The notes beneath the pieces are model-generated. The model worked only from the letters and a program-made list of their open reading frames with translations, did no database searches and was not told where the DNA came from. Shown here one piece after another: positions 1 through 11,945 of a stretch of 64,000 bases of DNA. The position numbers and the translations under genes are program-made. Origin of the DNA: Octopus sinensis (Eukaryota); NCBI RefSeq assembly GCF_006345805.1, contig NW_021833234.1, positions 30,141 to 94,140 on the forward strand, given 5' to 3'. Every line of letters starts with the position of its first letter. Within the stretch, counting starts at the first letter, position 1.

Positions 1-55
1 TAAATAAAAAATTCCATTTTAGATCATTTCACTGATAGTAATAATCACATCCAGC

Positions 56-416
56 TTGAATTCCGGATTTATTCTAAATGGGAGAGAATATATTCAGTTC
101 TGTGGAGCAACGTCGCTGATTTTCAGTATCCTGCACTTTTTATTTTGTTTTCTTAAAATAAATACAAAAGTGGAGTCTTCTCATCAACGCTTTATTGAAA
201 TGATAATATATTTTGCATTTACAATTCTATATTTTATATCCCTAGTCATTTCAGGAGCTGATAGTAAGCCTTGGTACTACGATATTGGCGGAAAGATAGC
301 CATCGTTACAGCAGTATTAATGTTTTTATAATTTGTTTTAGATATTCTGTTGTTTTGGTACAACACTCAATGCTTATTGTGCTTATATGTCGTATTTCGA
401 TGTATATATAAAATAA
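56..416 (+). CDS. 3' part of a small multi-pass membrane protein, possibly MARVEL-domain-like (partial, intron-containing)
   Basis: Hydrophobic helices (GATSLIFSILHFLF; IEMIIYFAFTILYFISLVI); a 28-nt GT-AG intron at 314-341 leads to IFCCFGTTLNAYCAYMSYFDVYIK*. Family assignment is by eye only. Confidence 0.35.
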
Positions 417-652
417 TGGAACTTTTAGGTTTTTGGTCTTTTTTATTTTGATTTTATTAAAATATTTCAACATAGATATTAATAGATAATTTTATTGCTA
501 CAATCAATGTGGTATAACCACCGATTACAATAAAATTGATTATTTTTATTAAAATTTATAAAATGTTTAAGCAGTTCAGTCAAAGATTATCCAAAATTCT
601 CAATTATTTATCGTCTTTGAAAAATAATTATATTTAATGTTGATTACATATT

Positions 653-1430
653 CATTCCCGGCCAAATGTTAGATACACCCTATTTTTTCTTAAAAAATCC
701 ATATTTTTTGCAAAATTTCAAGAATTCTAAAAGAATAAAATAATTTTAGGGTTATGATTGTTCAACTTACAATAATTATGAGAAGATTTTTTTAATAATT
801 CTGGTTTATTAGATAAAGCGAAAACACAACCCCCCATATGTTAGAGGCATCCTTTCATAAGTGATAAATTATATATGCATTTTTAATTTAAATAAAATAA
901 AAACAATAAAATGCCTCATGTATCAATTCAAAGCCGCATTGTTTTTATTGAAAAATTGAAATTGGGGATTTCTCTGGTCCAAATATTCGAAGATCTTGTA
1001 ATTTCTCGATGTGTTATCCAAAAGATTAAGCAGAGATTTAACAATGGATATCAATACTCGACGTGCCGAAAAATGTCGAAATACAAAGTTATCAAAATTG
1101 ATAAACGTTTTCTCGCTAGAGTATCCAAATTGTACCCAAAAATGACGGAGAATAAGGATACAAAACTACTGTAACTTTACCGAAAAAGTCAGTCTAACCA
1201 CCATAAAAAGAATTTTATGAAAAATAATCTTTTCGGTCGTATTTCTATCAGAAAACCAAAATTGAAGCGATTTCATATCGATAACCGTTATACTTGGTAC
1301 ACCAACAAAATTACTTGGAATCAAATGGACTGGAACAACGTCATTTTTTCTGACGAATGCCGGATTCAAAAAAGCCGATTTTTCATAATCTCAATCAAAT
1401 CATCAAAAGGTTTTTATTTTCAATAGCCTT
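653..1430 (+). mobile_element. Degenerate 5' half of a Tc1-like DNA transposon, same family as 6003-7474
   Basis: Start resembles the TIR (CATTCCCGGCCAAATGTTAGATACACCC vs CAGTCCCGTCCAAATGTTAGAGGCACCC); inner repeat ATGTTAGAGGCA near 837; broken transposase MPHVSIQSR...WNNVIFSDE. Confidence 0.8.
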
Positions 1431-1782
1431 CTATATCCATAACGGTAAAGAATATTTAGCACCTTTTGCTTTTCTAAGGAGGTAGAGCTTTTATAAAATA
1501 TCAAAAAACGCCAAAAACTCAGTAAACAAATACGGATACGCTTATACAATTCACTGATGAAAACTATCCTGCCTATAATACTGGAACATGGGAACTTTCT
1601 GAAACGGAAAATCTCAATCTATAAACTCGTTTCATAGCTAATTCAGGCATTAGTGAATATTTTGAATTCTTCACTTTTAGCATTATTAGAACAATAAAAA
1701 ATTTGAAAAAGAACGTTTTTTACCGGTAAAGAAATATTACTTTCAGTTACTTTACAAAGGAAAATCTCTAATATATACACCC

Positions 1783-3323
1783 CTCGTCACCGAAAACCAG
1801 ACATTCATCTCTGTCCTATCAAAAATCCTCGAAAAATTTGTCCTGAAATCAATCTACCCTTTCCTCACTCTATCAAAGTCACAACATGGCTTCCGTCCGC
1901 AGCACTCAACAACTACACACCTATCTTGTTTAACAAGATTCATTGCAGACGGATTTAATAACTACTCCCCTCCCCATCGAACAATTTTGGCCTCAATTGA
2001 TATCAGTAAGGCTTTTGACCGGACTTCACGACATGTCCTGAGCTCAAAAATTCACTCTTCTCCTATTCCCCATCGCCTGAAAATCTGGCTGTGTAGCTTC
2101 TTATCTGGTAGACTGGCTCAGACAAAATTCGGGTCAAAAAACTCCCGGTTTCGCTACTTACCTAATGGGGTCCCTCAGGGCTCCTGTCTCTCTCCAGTTC
2201 TCTTCAATCTACACCTCAGTGATATGCCTACTAATTCGGAAACACTACTCCTCTCGTACGCTGACGACATAGTGATTGCCTCAAGAAACAATTCCATCGA
2301 CGCTGCAACAAACTCACTCCAAACTCATCTAGACTCTCTAACCAAATGGCTAGGATCTAACCATATGACTCCTTCTGCGTCCAAATCGTCCATCACTGTT
2401 TTTACATCTGATAAAAGACAATTCAACCTAAACCCAGTCCTCTATGTGGCCGGTGAAATAATTCCTGTTATAAAAAACCCGAAAATCCTTGGAGTCGTAT
2501 TCGATCAATGCCTATCTTTTACGCAACACGCGGAGCTCATTTCAACCAAAGCCAAACGCAAACTGAATGCACTACGTGCCTTATCTGGACAAACTTACGG
2601 CCAAGCCAAAGAATGCTTCACTTTGGTTTACAAACAATTTGTCAGAACATTAATGAACTATGCTAGTCCAGCATGGTCATGGAACTTGTCTTATTCAAAC
2701 CTCCAAAAACTCCAAAGAATCCAAAACTCAGGCCTACGCACAATAACTGGCTGCCTTGCATCCACTCCCATCGATCATCTTCATTGGGAATCTTGTATCC
2801 TTCCGGTCGAAGACCATTTGACGATGAGAGGACTCCAATTCCTACAGGAAATACAAGACTTTTCTCATCCAAGTCACAAAATCTCTATTCCAGAAAACAA
2901 AAGACACATCATTTCTACTCTGGCCGATCAATGTAGATGTCTTTCAAAAATACTCTCAACCAACAATGGGAAAACTGCGAATAAACTAATCCATGACTAC
3001 ATCTCCTCTCGTGCTATCAGGATGCTTAAAAACAACAAACTTTTCAACTCTCCCCCCCGCCGGTCCACTCCTCAGAGCAATCACTCGGCAGATATCTCCG
3101 TGTCCAGCTTGCTCAGATTCGCTCGGGACATCATCCACTCATTTTCGAAACATACCGTTCCTTCACCCCTGAAGACCTCTTCCCCTGTCCTGGACCGCCT
3201 CACTTGTCTCCGCCTATTGGGATTCGGGATCTCTGGGAGCGCCCGATCTTCGCGTCTCGCTACCTGATTGCAGCCGGCTTCCTACGTGTTAGTGAAGCCG
3301 GGGTAACATAACTAACTAACTAA
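1783..3323 (+). mobile_element. 5'-truncated Ingi/Vingi-like non-LTR retrotransposon (RT domain), family 2
   Basis: RT motifs SIDISKAFD, GVPQGSCLSP, YADD, PKILG; frameshift near 3055; true C-terminus IRDLWERP...EAGVT* runs into an (ACTA)n tail. Confidence 0.9.
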
Positions 3324-3339
3324 AGCAAAACATTAATTT

Positions 3340-5100
3340 TGTGGTGGCAGGTAAAACCGGACAAAACTTTTATAAATATAAAAGTCGTTGAAAAGAAGCT
3401 AAAAATGTATAGTCAAAGAAGAAGTCACCTTTCAGATTTCCTGAAAGGACAAATTATTGCATTTTATAATCATAATATGACTTATCGAATGATTTCTGCA
3501 AATATAGGAGTCCCAAAATCAACTGTATCAGATGTGATTTAAAAATTCACAAAAAACTAATTAACAGACATCCGGGAACTGGAGAATGCTCTTTTGATAT
3601 TTTTAATACCAATAAGCATCAAATACAGAAAATGGTTCTGCATACAACAAATGCAATATTGTCCCAACTGTAAAATGCGGTGGTGGAAAAGTAATGGTCT
3701 GGGGCAGTTTCTTGTATAACGGAGTCGGTAATCTTGTTTTTATTGATGGAATTCTGAATAGTGCAAAATATATTAATATTTAAAACAATCAATGTGATTT
3801 ATAAAAGTAAAAAGATAGCTAAGCTAATTAATGGCCTCACACCCGGCCAGCCTCGCGAATGGCGAAGCCGTTCCCTCGGATCACAGCAATCGACAGACGT
3901 TCCAGGAGCCAAGAATACTCTCTTGGATCGTGGCTAGTCCTTGAAATCCGTCGACCGAGCGAGCGAAGGAAGCGGAGTGTCTTGGGGCCGAAGATACCGG
4001 AGGACTCCACGGCAATTGGAGTAAAGAACAGCGAGTTGGAAAGGTGGCCGTACTTGAGAATCTTTCGGTCCTCGGCCTGCCTCGAAGCGTGCCCAGGATT
4101 GGCGGCGGACAGAGCGAGATTTCCCAGCGAGAACGTGTCCGAACAGGTAGAATCCCAAATAAGGGATTTCCCCTGCTCGTATGGGAAGGTGGACATGCCG
4201 TCTGGGCGTTTGCCATCCCCTCTATCTAGTCCAACAGGTTTAAGGATTGACGGGATGCCAGCTGAAGCGAGGGCTCTCTGTATGATTGAGTTGAGTTCAC
4301 TGTAACGGGGGGCACGACCGGCACTCGGCCGGCAAGCGAGGGGATGCAAACCGTACTCGTCAACAGTTCCCCCACAGCGGCATTTGTGCGTCTGGCAGAT
4401 TTTCAGCCCGACACGGAGGGAGATTGTGATTCTTAGGCATTCCTTGTCCACCAGGTTCCCGATGGAAGGGAGAGGGAGAGCCTTTAACCAGACTCCGCTG
4501 CCTTCGAGCGACCTGCACGGAGGCAAGGGACACGGTGTTGATTGGAGACAGGAAGGACGCCTTCGAAAATTGCCTGACAAGAGATTTCGTTTCATTGACG
4601 CTGTACAGATTGAGAATTGGGCAGCTTCGAATTAAACCGAGCCTCCCACCGACCACGGGCTGCAGAGTAATCTTCAGACAATTTCCGTTCGGGGAGGTTT
4701 CTAGAAACGATGTCTGAGAGAGTACGAGAAGCGTAGTGGGCGGATAGGAATGCGGGGAGGGCAAGATCGGAATAGGATCTCAAGCCAAGGTCGCCCCAGC
4801 GCACAGGCAGGGATGCCTGAGTCTAGCCTGGATCGTCGAAAGCCAGAATATGTTCCAGAATATTAATATTTTATCCAATAATATGTTCGAATGTGCCAAA
4901 AAATTGGGATAGACTCATTTATCTTACAACAGAATAATGCCCTTTGCCATAAATCTAAAATGGTACAAGATTACATTAAAGAAAAAAACATTATTTTACG
5001 TCAATGGCCGGCTCAATCACCGGATCTAAACCCCATTGAACATCTATGGGCAGAAATGAAGAGAAAATTTTTAGATGTCAATGTGTAGAGTTTCTTAAGG
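3340..5100 (+). mobile_element. Degenerate Tc1-like transposon (second family) interrupted by a CRE retroelement
   Basis: HTH MYSQRRSHLSDFLKGQII; GGGKVMVWG; reading frame KYINIL/SNNM resumes after the insert; QQNN...WPAQSPDLNPIEHLW. Confidence 0.8.
3782..4859 (-). mobile_element. 5'-truncated CRE-clade (restriction-like endonuclease) non-LTR retrotransposon
   Basis: CRCG..GLHPLAC zinc knuckle; DGKRPDG...WDST...KY...AVES RLE motifs; 12-bp TSD ATATTAATATTT at 3770-3781 and 4860-4871. Confidence 0.88.
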
Positions 5101-5217
5101 TAATTTAAGGAACTTAATTAAGGCATTTTTTAGTTATATTGTTTCATTTTTCTTTTACTACTAATGTAAAATATATATAATCCATACTTCAGTAAGTAAT
5201 ATACTTCGGTTTTGATA

Positions 5218-8200
5218 ATATTTTTTGGAAGGAATAAAGTCGAATAAACAGATCAATTAATATCGATTAGTCGAAGGGAAGGCCTGACGGATTGCTAAAC
5301 TGTTCCCCCGGATAACGGCGATCGAGAACCGTTGCAATAGCTAGTCCACCTCCCAAGGATTGAGATTTTGGCTCCGGACTTGCGGAGGAACTTTTCCGTC
5401 TTCGGACCAAGAGCACCCGACGTCTCCACCGCTATCGGCACCACGAAAAACTTTTCCGAAATGGCAGAATATTTGGAAAGCTTTAAATCTTCAGCCCTCT
5501 TAGCAGCTGATTTAGCCTCCAGAGCACACGAGGTTAGATGTGAAGCAGAAAAAATGTCCCAGCAGGTTTCATCCCATACGAGGCCTTTTCCGCCCTCAAA
5601 AGGGAAAAGGGTCATCCCGTCAGGACGTTTCCCGTCACCGCGGTCAAGACCCGGTGGTTCGAGAACCGAAGGAAATCCCGCCGAGTCGAGGGCCCTCCGT
5701 ATGATGTCGTTCATAGCAGAGTGCCTCGGGAAACGTCCGGCACTCCTCCTGCACGATAAAGGATGCAGACCGAAAGGGTCAACAGTGCAGCCACAACGGC
5801 ACGTGTGCGTGACACATTGCCTTAGTCCGAGGCGCAGAGAGACTCCGATCCTTACCGCTTCATCGTCAAGGAGAGTGCCAGATGGGGCATTCGGGAATGC
5901 ACAAAGCCAAGCTCACTAGCCGGGGATGCTGCCGAAAGAAGGCAAGCGCGGCGGTGCTGATTGGACGACTCGAGCAGCAGATTGAAAGTTTGCTTGCATC
6001 TACAGTCCCGTCCAAATGTTAGAGGCACCCTATTTTTTTCCCTAAAAAGGCACTTATTTATTATTTTTCGAAAGATTTCAAAGAATAATTTAAGTTTTTA
6101 AAGGAAATTAAACATTTCCAAAGTTTTTATAAATATTCAACCGATAGTATTCTCAAACTTGAAAACAAAAAATAATTGGTCGCTCATATGTTAGAGGCAC
6201 CTATGTAAAAAGCAATAATTCTATAATTTATTATTATTAATTCTAATAAAAAATTCAAATGCCTTGTGTATCAGTCTATAACAGGTTCCTCGTCATCGAA
6301 AAATTAAAATTGGCGAATCTCAGTGAAAATATCCAAAGATTTGGGAATCTCTCGTTGTGCCATTCAAAAAATTAAAAAGCGATTTTTACACGGCTATTTA
6401 TATAACGATATGCCAAAATAGGGAGGAACAAAAAATTAACCAAAAATGATGAACGCTATCTTATCAGAATGTCAAAATTACACCCAAAAATGACCACCAA
6501 CGATCTCCTATATGCTGTAACTTTTCCGGAAAAGTGAGTCTTTCGACAATTAAACGAATTTTGAGACGCAACAATTTATTCGGACGCATCTTGCAGTGAA
6601 AAAAACCAAAATTGACTGCATCTCAGGTTGAAAAAAGTATACATGGTGTCTTACTAAAATTCCGTGGAATCAACGACTGGAATTTAGTGATTTTTCTGAT
6701 GATGCCGGATTCAGTTAAATCAGATGTCTAGGCAATACATAAGAAGACCCCTGGATCAAAATTACAGAAAGAATATTCAATTGAAACTGTGAAATTCCCT
6801 TATCAATTACGATATGGGGAGCAAATTAAGCAATGGGCCAAGATCAATTGTCCTTTGCCGAAAAACAGTCGACTCCGCCGAATATCAACGCGTTATAAAA
6901 GAAGGATTTGAAAATTTTTATGAAGAAAATTATTTTCTTCAACAAGATGGAGCAACATGTCATACATCAAATTCACTAGAGCGTTTATGGCCGAAAACAA
7001 CAAAAACTCATGGAAAAATGGCCAAATCAATCTCCTGACTTAAATATAATTGAAAATCTATGGGCAATTTTAAAAAAGAAGTTAAAAACTGTGGAGAGCA
7101 TCAACGATTCAAAAATTATGGCATGAAACAAAGAAGGCCTGGGAAAACATTGATACAGGTGTGGTTATTAAGCTTTTTGAGTCAATTCCAAGAAGAATAA
7201 TCTTCGGTAGTCATAAATAATGGAGGAATGACTAAATATTAAATTTTTTGATAATTTTGTCTTTCGTTATTGAAATGTGCCTCTAACATATGAACGATGT
7301 ATTATTTTGAGTTTCTTAGTAAATACACATTATAAACTAAATGTGCTCAAAAATTTTAGGTAAGATTTTTTATTCAATAGTTTGTATAACAAAAAAAAAC
7401 TTTTTTCAAAAAATGACAAATAAGTGCCTTTTTTAGGAAAAAAATAGGGTGCCTCTAACATTTGGACGGGACTGTAATTCGATCCTAGGCTCGTTGAGAC
7501 ATTCGATTTTCTGGAAAGTCAAGACCTTGTTCCCTCCAGACTTCGCTGAAATGAGCCACATTTGTGTCCAAGGAAAATTCAGAAAAGGAGCGTAGAATTT
7601 CCATGACAAGTGAGTGGCTCGGGGAGACGGACGAGAGAAAAGCAGGGAACGATAGGTCGGAACATGAGCGGATACCGAGCCCTCCAAAAGATAACGGGAG
7701 GGTTGCCTGTCTCCAACCCATGTCGTCGAAGGGGGAATTGCATATGTTCTGAGTACAAGTGCGGATAAGGAGGTCAATGGCTGAAAGCCTCTCTGGAAAA
7801 TCAAAACATGGAGAGGAGCGAAGCAAATAGAAGAGCTTTTGGATCGAAAAGCAATTCCGTAGGAGGAATAATGCTGTGTGTGAGTCTAACTGTCTGATTC
7901 GTTCAAAAACTTCTTCGAGAAAGAATTCTTTTTTGCGTAGGGCCACATCGATAGAATTGCCAGCTACCGGGACTCCGAGGATAAAAAGTTAATCAATAGG
8001 AGTAGATTGAACTCCCGCGATAAGATCATAGAAAGAGGAAACAGCGTCTTCGAAAATAGATTGCGAGCATTTGAAGTTGGAAATTTGACATTTGGAGAAA
8101 TTTAAAATGAGGCCGATTTTCTCAAGAGCCGGAATAATTTTAATTATGTTTTGCAAGAGGATATCCGGAGGGCGACCGAGAGTGGCGTCGTCGACATACC

Positions 8201-8455
8201 AGAGTTTTAATGGAGAAGATAGAAGCTTGGTCACCTCGGAGATTCCAAGACAGAAGAGGAATGGCCCAGAGGGTCTCCCTGTTGAAATCCCGAAGCAGAC
8301 GGGATAGTGTGGGAATCAAAGATAAGGGAGGATGGTTGGCCGTATGATTGGAAAGTTAGCCCAAATAAAGAAGGACAGTGCTCAGAGCAGGCCTCCAAAA
8401 CTCGGTCCCGTCGAATACTGTTGAATGCATTTCTGATGTCAAGCTTGATCAAAAT
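5218..8455 (-). mobile_element. Degenerate CRE-clade retrotransposon (RT + RLE) interrupted by the Tc1 element at 6003-7474
   Basis: KLDIRNAFNSIRR, QQGDPLG, WYVDD, QATLPLSFGGLGIR, DGKRPDG RLE; the frame (DRI/RCKQ) rejoins across the TA of the Tc1 insertion. Confidence 0.88.
6003..7474 (+). mobile_element. Complete-ended Tc1-like DNA transposon (IR-DR ends) with a frameshifted DD34E transposase
   Basis: TIR CAGTCCCGTCCAAATGTTAGAGGCACCCTATTTTTT at both ends; TA TSD at 6001-6002 and 7475-7476; inner direct repeat CATATGTTAGAGGCAC ~190 bp inside each end; motifs IFSDD, QQDGATCH, PDLNIIENLW (6259-7242). Confidence 0.95.
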
Positions 8456-8578
8456 GTTTGGACATTTTGATTTCCTGCACGCATTTTTTGGAATAGAAAT
8501 TCAATTCAAAATGAAGGTGTTATTTGATTAGTTGGTCATTGGTGGATAGCCATCTGACTATAGCAAGGAAGACTTATT

Positions 8579-9075
8579 ATTTGATTTGTTAGTTAGTTAC
8601 TCCGACCTCTCTACCTTGTAGGAGACCGGCTGTCCTCAGGCCCTCAGCAGCGAGTGCTGGGCACTTCCATAAATCCATAATGCCCACCGGAGGCCCCGGT
8701 CCGGAGAAAGCTTCTCGAAGCAATAGGCATAGATGGTCCGGAGAAGGAGACCAATAGCCAGATTCATCAATTAGGAGAAAATGTCCGGAACAAAGTTGTA
8801 CCAGAGATGTTCTCGTTTCTCTGTCCAGCAAAGACTCCGAGTCATCCACCAGAGAAGGAGAGTCGTCTAGGAGTTTGTTCCAGCCAAGTTTTCGAATAGC
8901 CTTGGTGGAGACATGGTCGTATATCTGCTTTGTCCTCGATTTCTCGGAGGAGGGCTCAGGAATTTTTGAGAGTTCACGAGTTAGATTTCCAATGGCGGGT
9001 ACTATCATACAGCTGTTTTTTGTATGGGTGAGGAAATGACATGGGTGGTCTGATTCCATGGCCGCATGAGGAATT
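8579..9075 (-). mobile_element. 3' fragment of an Ingi/Vingi-like retrotransposon, family 3
   Basis: IYDHVSTKAIRKLG...LVQLCSGH...MDLWKCP...GVTN* homologous to the C-terminus of the 19763-23041 ORF; (ACTA)n tail. Confidence 0.8.
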
Positions 9076-9277
9076 GCAGGTTCCCCATGCGAACCAAAAA
9101 TTATTATTTGATTAAAGAGATTCCAATTAACATTTTTTATATTAATTAACGAATTTTTTATTAAACATATAGTTTTTCAATAATAAAATTTTTTAAACTG
9201 ATTATAATCGTACGATCCTATGTTAACCGAGTTTTCATTTATTAGTATTCTTATTTTATAGTAAAATAAAGAAAAAG

Positions 9278-9560
9278 TTGAAGATATCAATTAATGACGA
9301 GGAAAATAATTTCATTGAAAATTACGATCCTTCTTTTACTCTGAAACCGGATATTTCTATCTCCGATATTCAAAGTTTTATTTCTACACCAACCGATGCA
9401 TGTAAGAGAGAATGGCTGACATATAACGGTCTATTTTACTATTATTTGTTTAGTTTTTACATTTTGTGAAAACATTGGTCTTATTTATAGTACAATTTCG
9501 TCATTTTGCGAAACTCAGTGCGAGCAGACTGAATATATGAGTGCTTCTTCTACGTAATTT
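9278..9560 (+). CDS. Possible intron-containing host gene of unknown function
   Basis: 63-codon ORF ending at a plausible 25-nt GT-AG intron (gtctattttactattatttgtttag); no family recognised. Confidence 0.2.
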
Positions 9561-10175
9561 GCAGTTCTATTAATTATTTTTTAAGCCGCAAGTATCTTTG
9601 GATTGATTCCAAAGGAAAATTAAAAAAATATTCAGCTTCAAAATATATAACCATGTCAATAGATCAAATTGAGAGTTCACATGAAACACTTACATCTTAT
9701 AATGGTCTGCTAATTTATTGTATTTCAGATGCTGGTGGAAATTTATTTGAACTAAATATTTGTACTTATTTTCAACTTCTTTTTCGATCTTTTTCACATA
9801 TTCTTTATATTCATTATGAGCAATTGGTTGAGTTCAATCTTAAAGGTCAATGCAACTTACTTTTTGTTCATTTTATGCTTTTTATTCAACATTTTAATCT
9901 TGTTGAATTTGATGAATTTTGCATTCTCAATACAAGTTTCTCGAAAATTCTTAATTTTCATTCGAAATCAAATTGATATTTGTACAATTTTGTTGAATAA
10001 GAATATTGGGGAAAATTCAATATTAATAATAAAATCATTGATAAATATTATTTAATTATATGTTCCTCAATTAAATTTAACTTTATTAATAAAAAGAAGC
10101 TAACTAAGTAATTTTCTAATTAAGTCCAGAGCCTTCTAAAGAGAATCTTGTGAAGGATTTTTAAGTTTATCTTTT

Positions 10176-10764
10176 TTATTGGGATTCCCTCTGAAGTTTG
10201 ATTAAGTTCTTTACATTAACTTGGGTGCACTCAGACCATACTTAGGTGTTTGACAATAACATTCAATTGAACTGCTCCTGTTTGACCAGTCTGTAGTCCA
10301 CGATTTGTTTGTTCACTCGTGGAATGACCGAGTTCTCAATCAACTCAATCGGGCTGTTGATTCCCTCCAACTCGTTCTGGCGGCTGAGGGGGTAGGGGGG
10401 TTTCGATGTGACAAAACAGTGTTCTTGGTCAATTCCAGCAACTACATGACAGGCAGGACCAACTATTTGCTTGTCCTCCATCTCCTCCAACAAATTGATG
10501 AAGTCGGGAAGCAGTTCACAGTCCAGAGATCTCTTCAGAGTAATGTGAGTCATCGAAAGTTGTCCAAGACGCTCTTCGAACATATCTCTCTACGATGGGA
10601 GAGTACGAGTACAATCACGGAGAGGGGATATTTGGGTTTGTTCACACTATAAAGTTGATGTCTTCAATGTGGGCGGGGAGTCCATGCTCCTCCAGATATG
10701 CTTGAGAAGTCTTCTGTTGTGTCTAGAAGAGATCCACGTCACTGAAGAACGACCGATATGACAT
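10176..10764 (-). CDS. Short enolase-4-like (N-terminal domain only) protein, intron-containing
   Basis: With inferred 22-26 nt introns: AYLEEHGLPAHIED..., MTHITLKRSLDCELLP, PIELIENSVIPR. Resembles the ENO4/enolase N-terminal region by eye; no catalytic barrel follows. Confidence 0.3.
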
Positions 10765-10903
10765 GGTATCTCGGCAAAAATAAATAAGACACATAATAGG
10801 GGAGCCCTCAGGTTTCTTTGTTTTAGACACTAACATGAGTAAGGAGGTTGACTATTAAATAAATAGTGAATAAATAAATTTAAAAGTGTGTTGTGGTGTG
10901 TAA

Positions 10904-11379
10904 ATGTCGTACATGTTACCCCACCTGGTGAATGGCTGGCAGGTATGAGTAATAGCTAATGGAAGGTGGACCAAGCCATATTGTCAGAGGAGGAGCGTGT
11001 GGTGGTGGTGCGGTTTGGGCACGACTGGGACATAACATGCATGGTGATGGACGAGGTGCTGTACAAAATAGCGGAGAAAGTAAAGAACTTTGCAGTGATA
11101 TATTTGGTGGATATAACAAAGGTAGGACATGCATTGAGAGTCCAGGTACCAGACTTTAATGAGATGTACGAGTTGTACGATCCCTGCACTCTCATGTTCT
11201 TTTATCGGAACAAGCACATGATGATTGACTTGGGCACCGGCAATAACAACAAGATTAACTGGGCACTCGACAACAAACAGGAGCTCATCGACATTATCGA
11301 AACTGTTTACCGAGGAGCCCGTAAGGGACGGGGACTCGTCACTTCAATCAAGGACTACTCCACCAAGTATCGATACTGA
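10904..11379 (+). CDS. TXNL4A: U5 snRNP thioredoxin-like protein Dim1
   Basis: MSYMLPHLVNGWQ/VDQAILSEEERVVVVRFGHDWD...DITK/VPDFNEMYELYDPCT...RGARKGRGLV..KDYSTKYRY; introns 10943-10965 (23 nt) and 11122-11145 (24 nt). Confidence 0.97.
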
Positions 11380-11945
11380 CATTGTTCAGAATGGACATCA
11401 TAATAATTAGTTGTTTATATATTTATTAGGTGTGTAATAATATAATAAATAAACTAATACTGAGGTTTGGTATGGACGATGTGGATCTCAATAACTTGTC
11501 GAGACCTTTGTTAAATATGCCGAGTAGTGCAGCGTTTGAAGAAGGGACGTCGTCGATGGTGGAGAGGGATTGGTTGGTGAGTTCAGTGTCCCGGAGAAAG
11601 GAATACGGTGCATAATACTGGAAGAAGTGTTGAATGTAATGAGGAGTGAGTGAGTATAGACGAGTGGTGATATTAAATTTCCTATCAAATTTTATACTGT
11701 TCAAGGATTGGCAGGTGACAAATTCCATAACAAAACGTTGAAGAATAATTTTGTGGGGCTTTGGTTTGTTTTCTTCTATATTCGGTGAAATTAGAAATTC
11801 TTCACTACCAACACAATTGAGTCCTGGATTATACGCGATATGAATGAAAATAAATCTACTTTATGTTTTTTTATCTATTGAATTACTAGAGCGCTTAAGT
11901 TTAACTCTCTAACGCCTCCTTTCATTCAGCAAATTAATGATATTA

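Noticed and set aside
3859-5919. Plus-strand ORFs 3859-4305 and 5368-5919, and similar antisense ORFs elsewhere
   Set aside because: They are shadows of GC-rich retroelement coding sequence on the opposite strand.
11426-11900. Possible small host genes at 11426-11900 (also 18850-19050, 23100-23400, 23760-24200 and 27207-27494)
   Set aside because: They look coding-like but no family or consistent exon model could be established without RNA-seq or a homology search.
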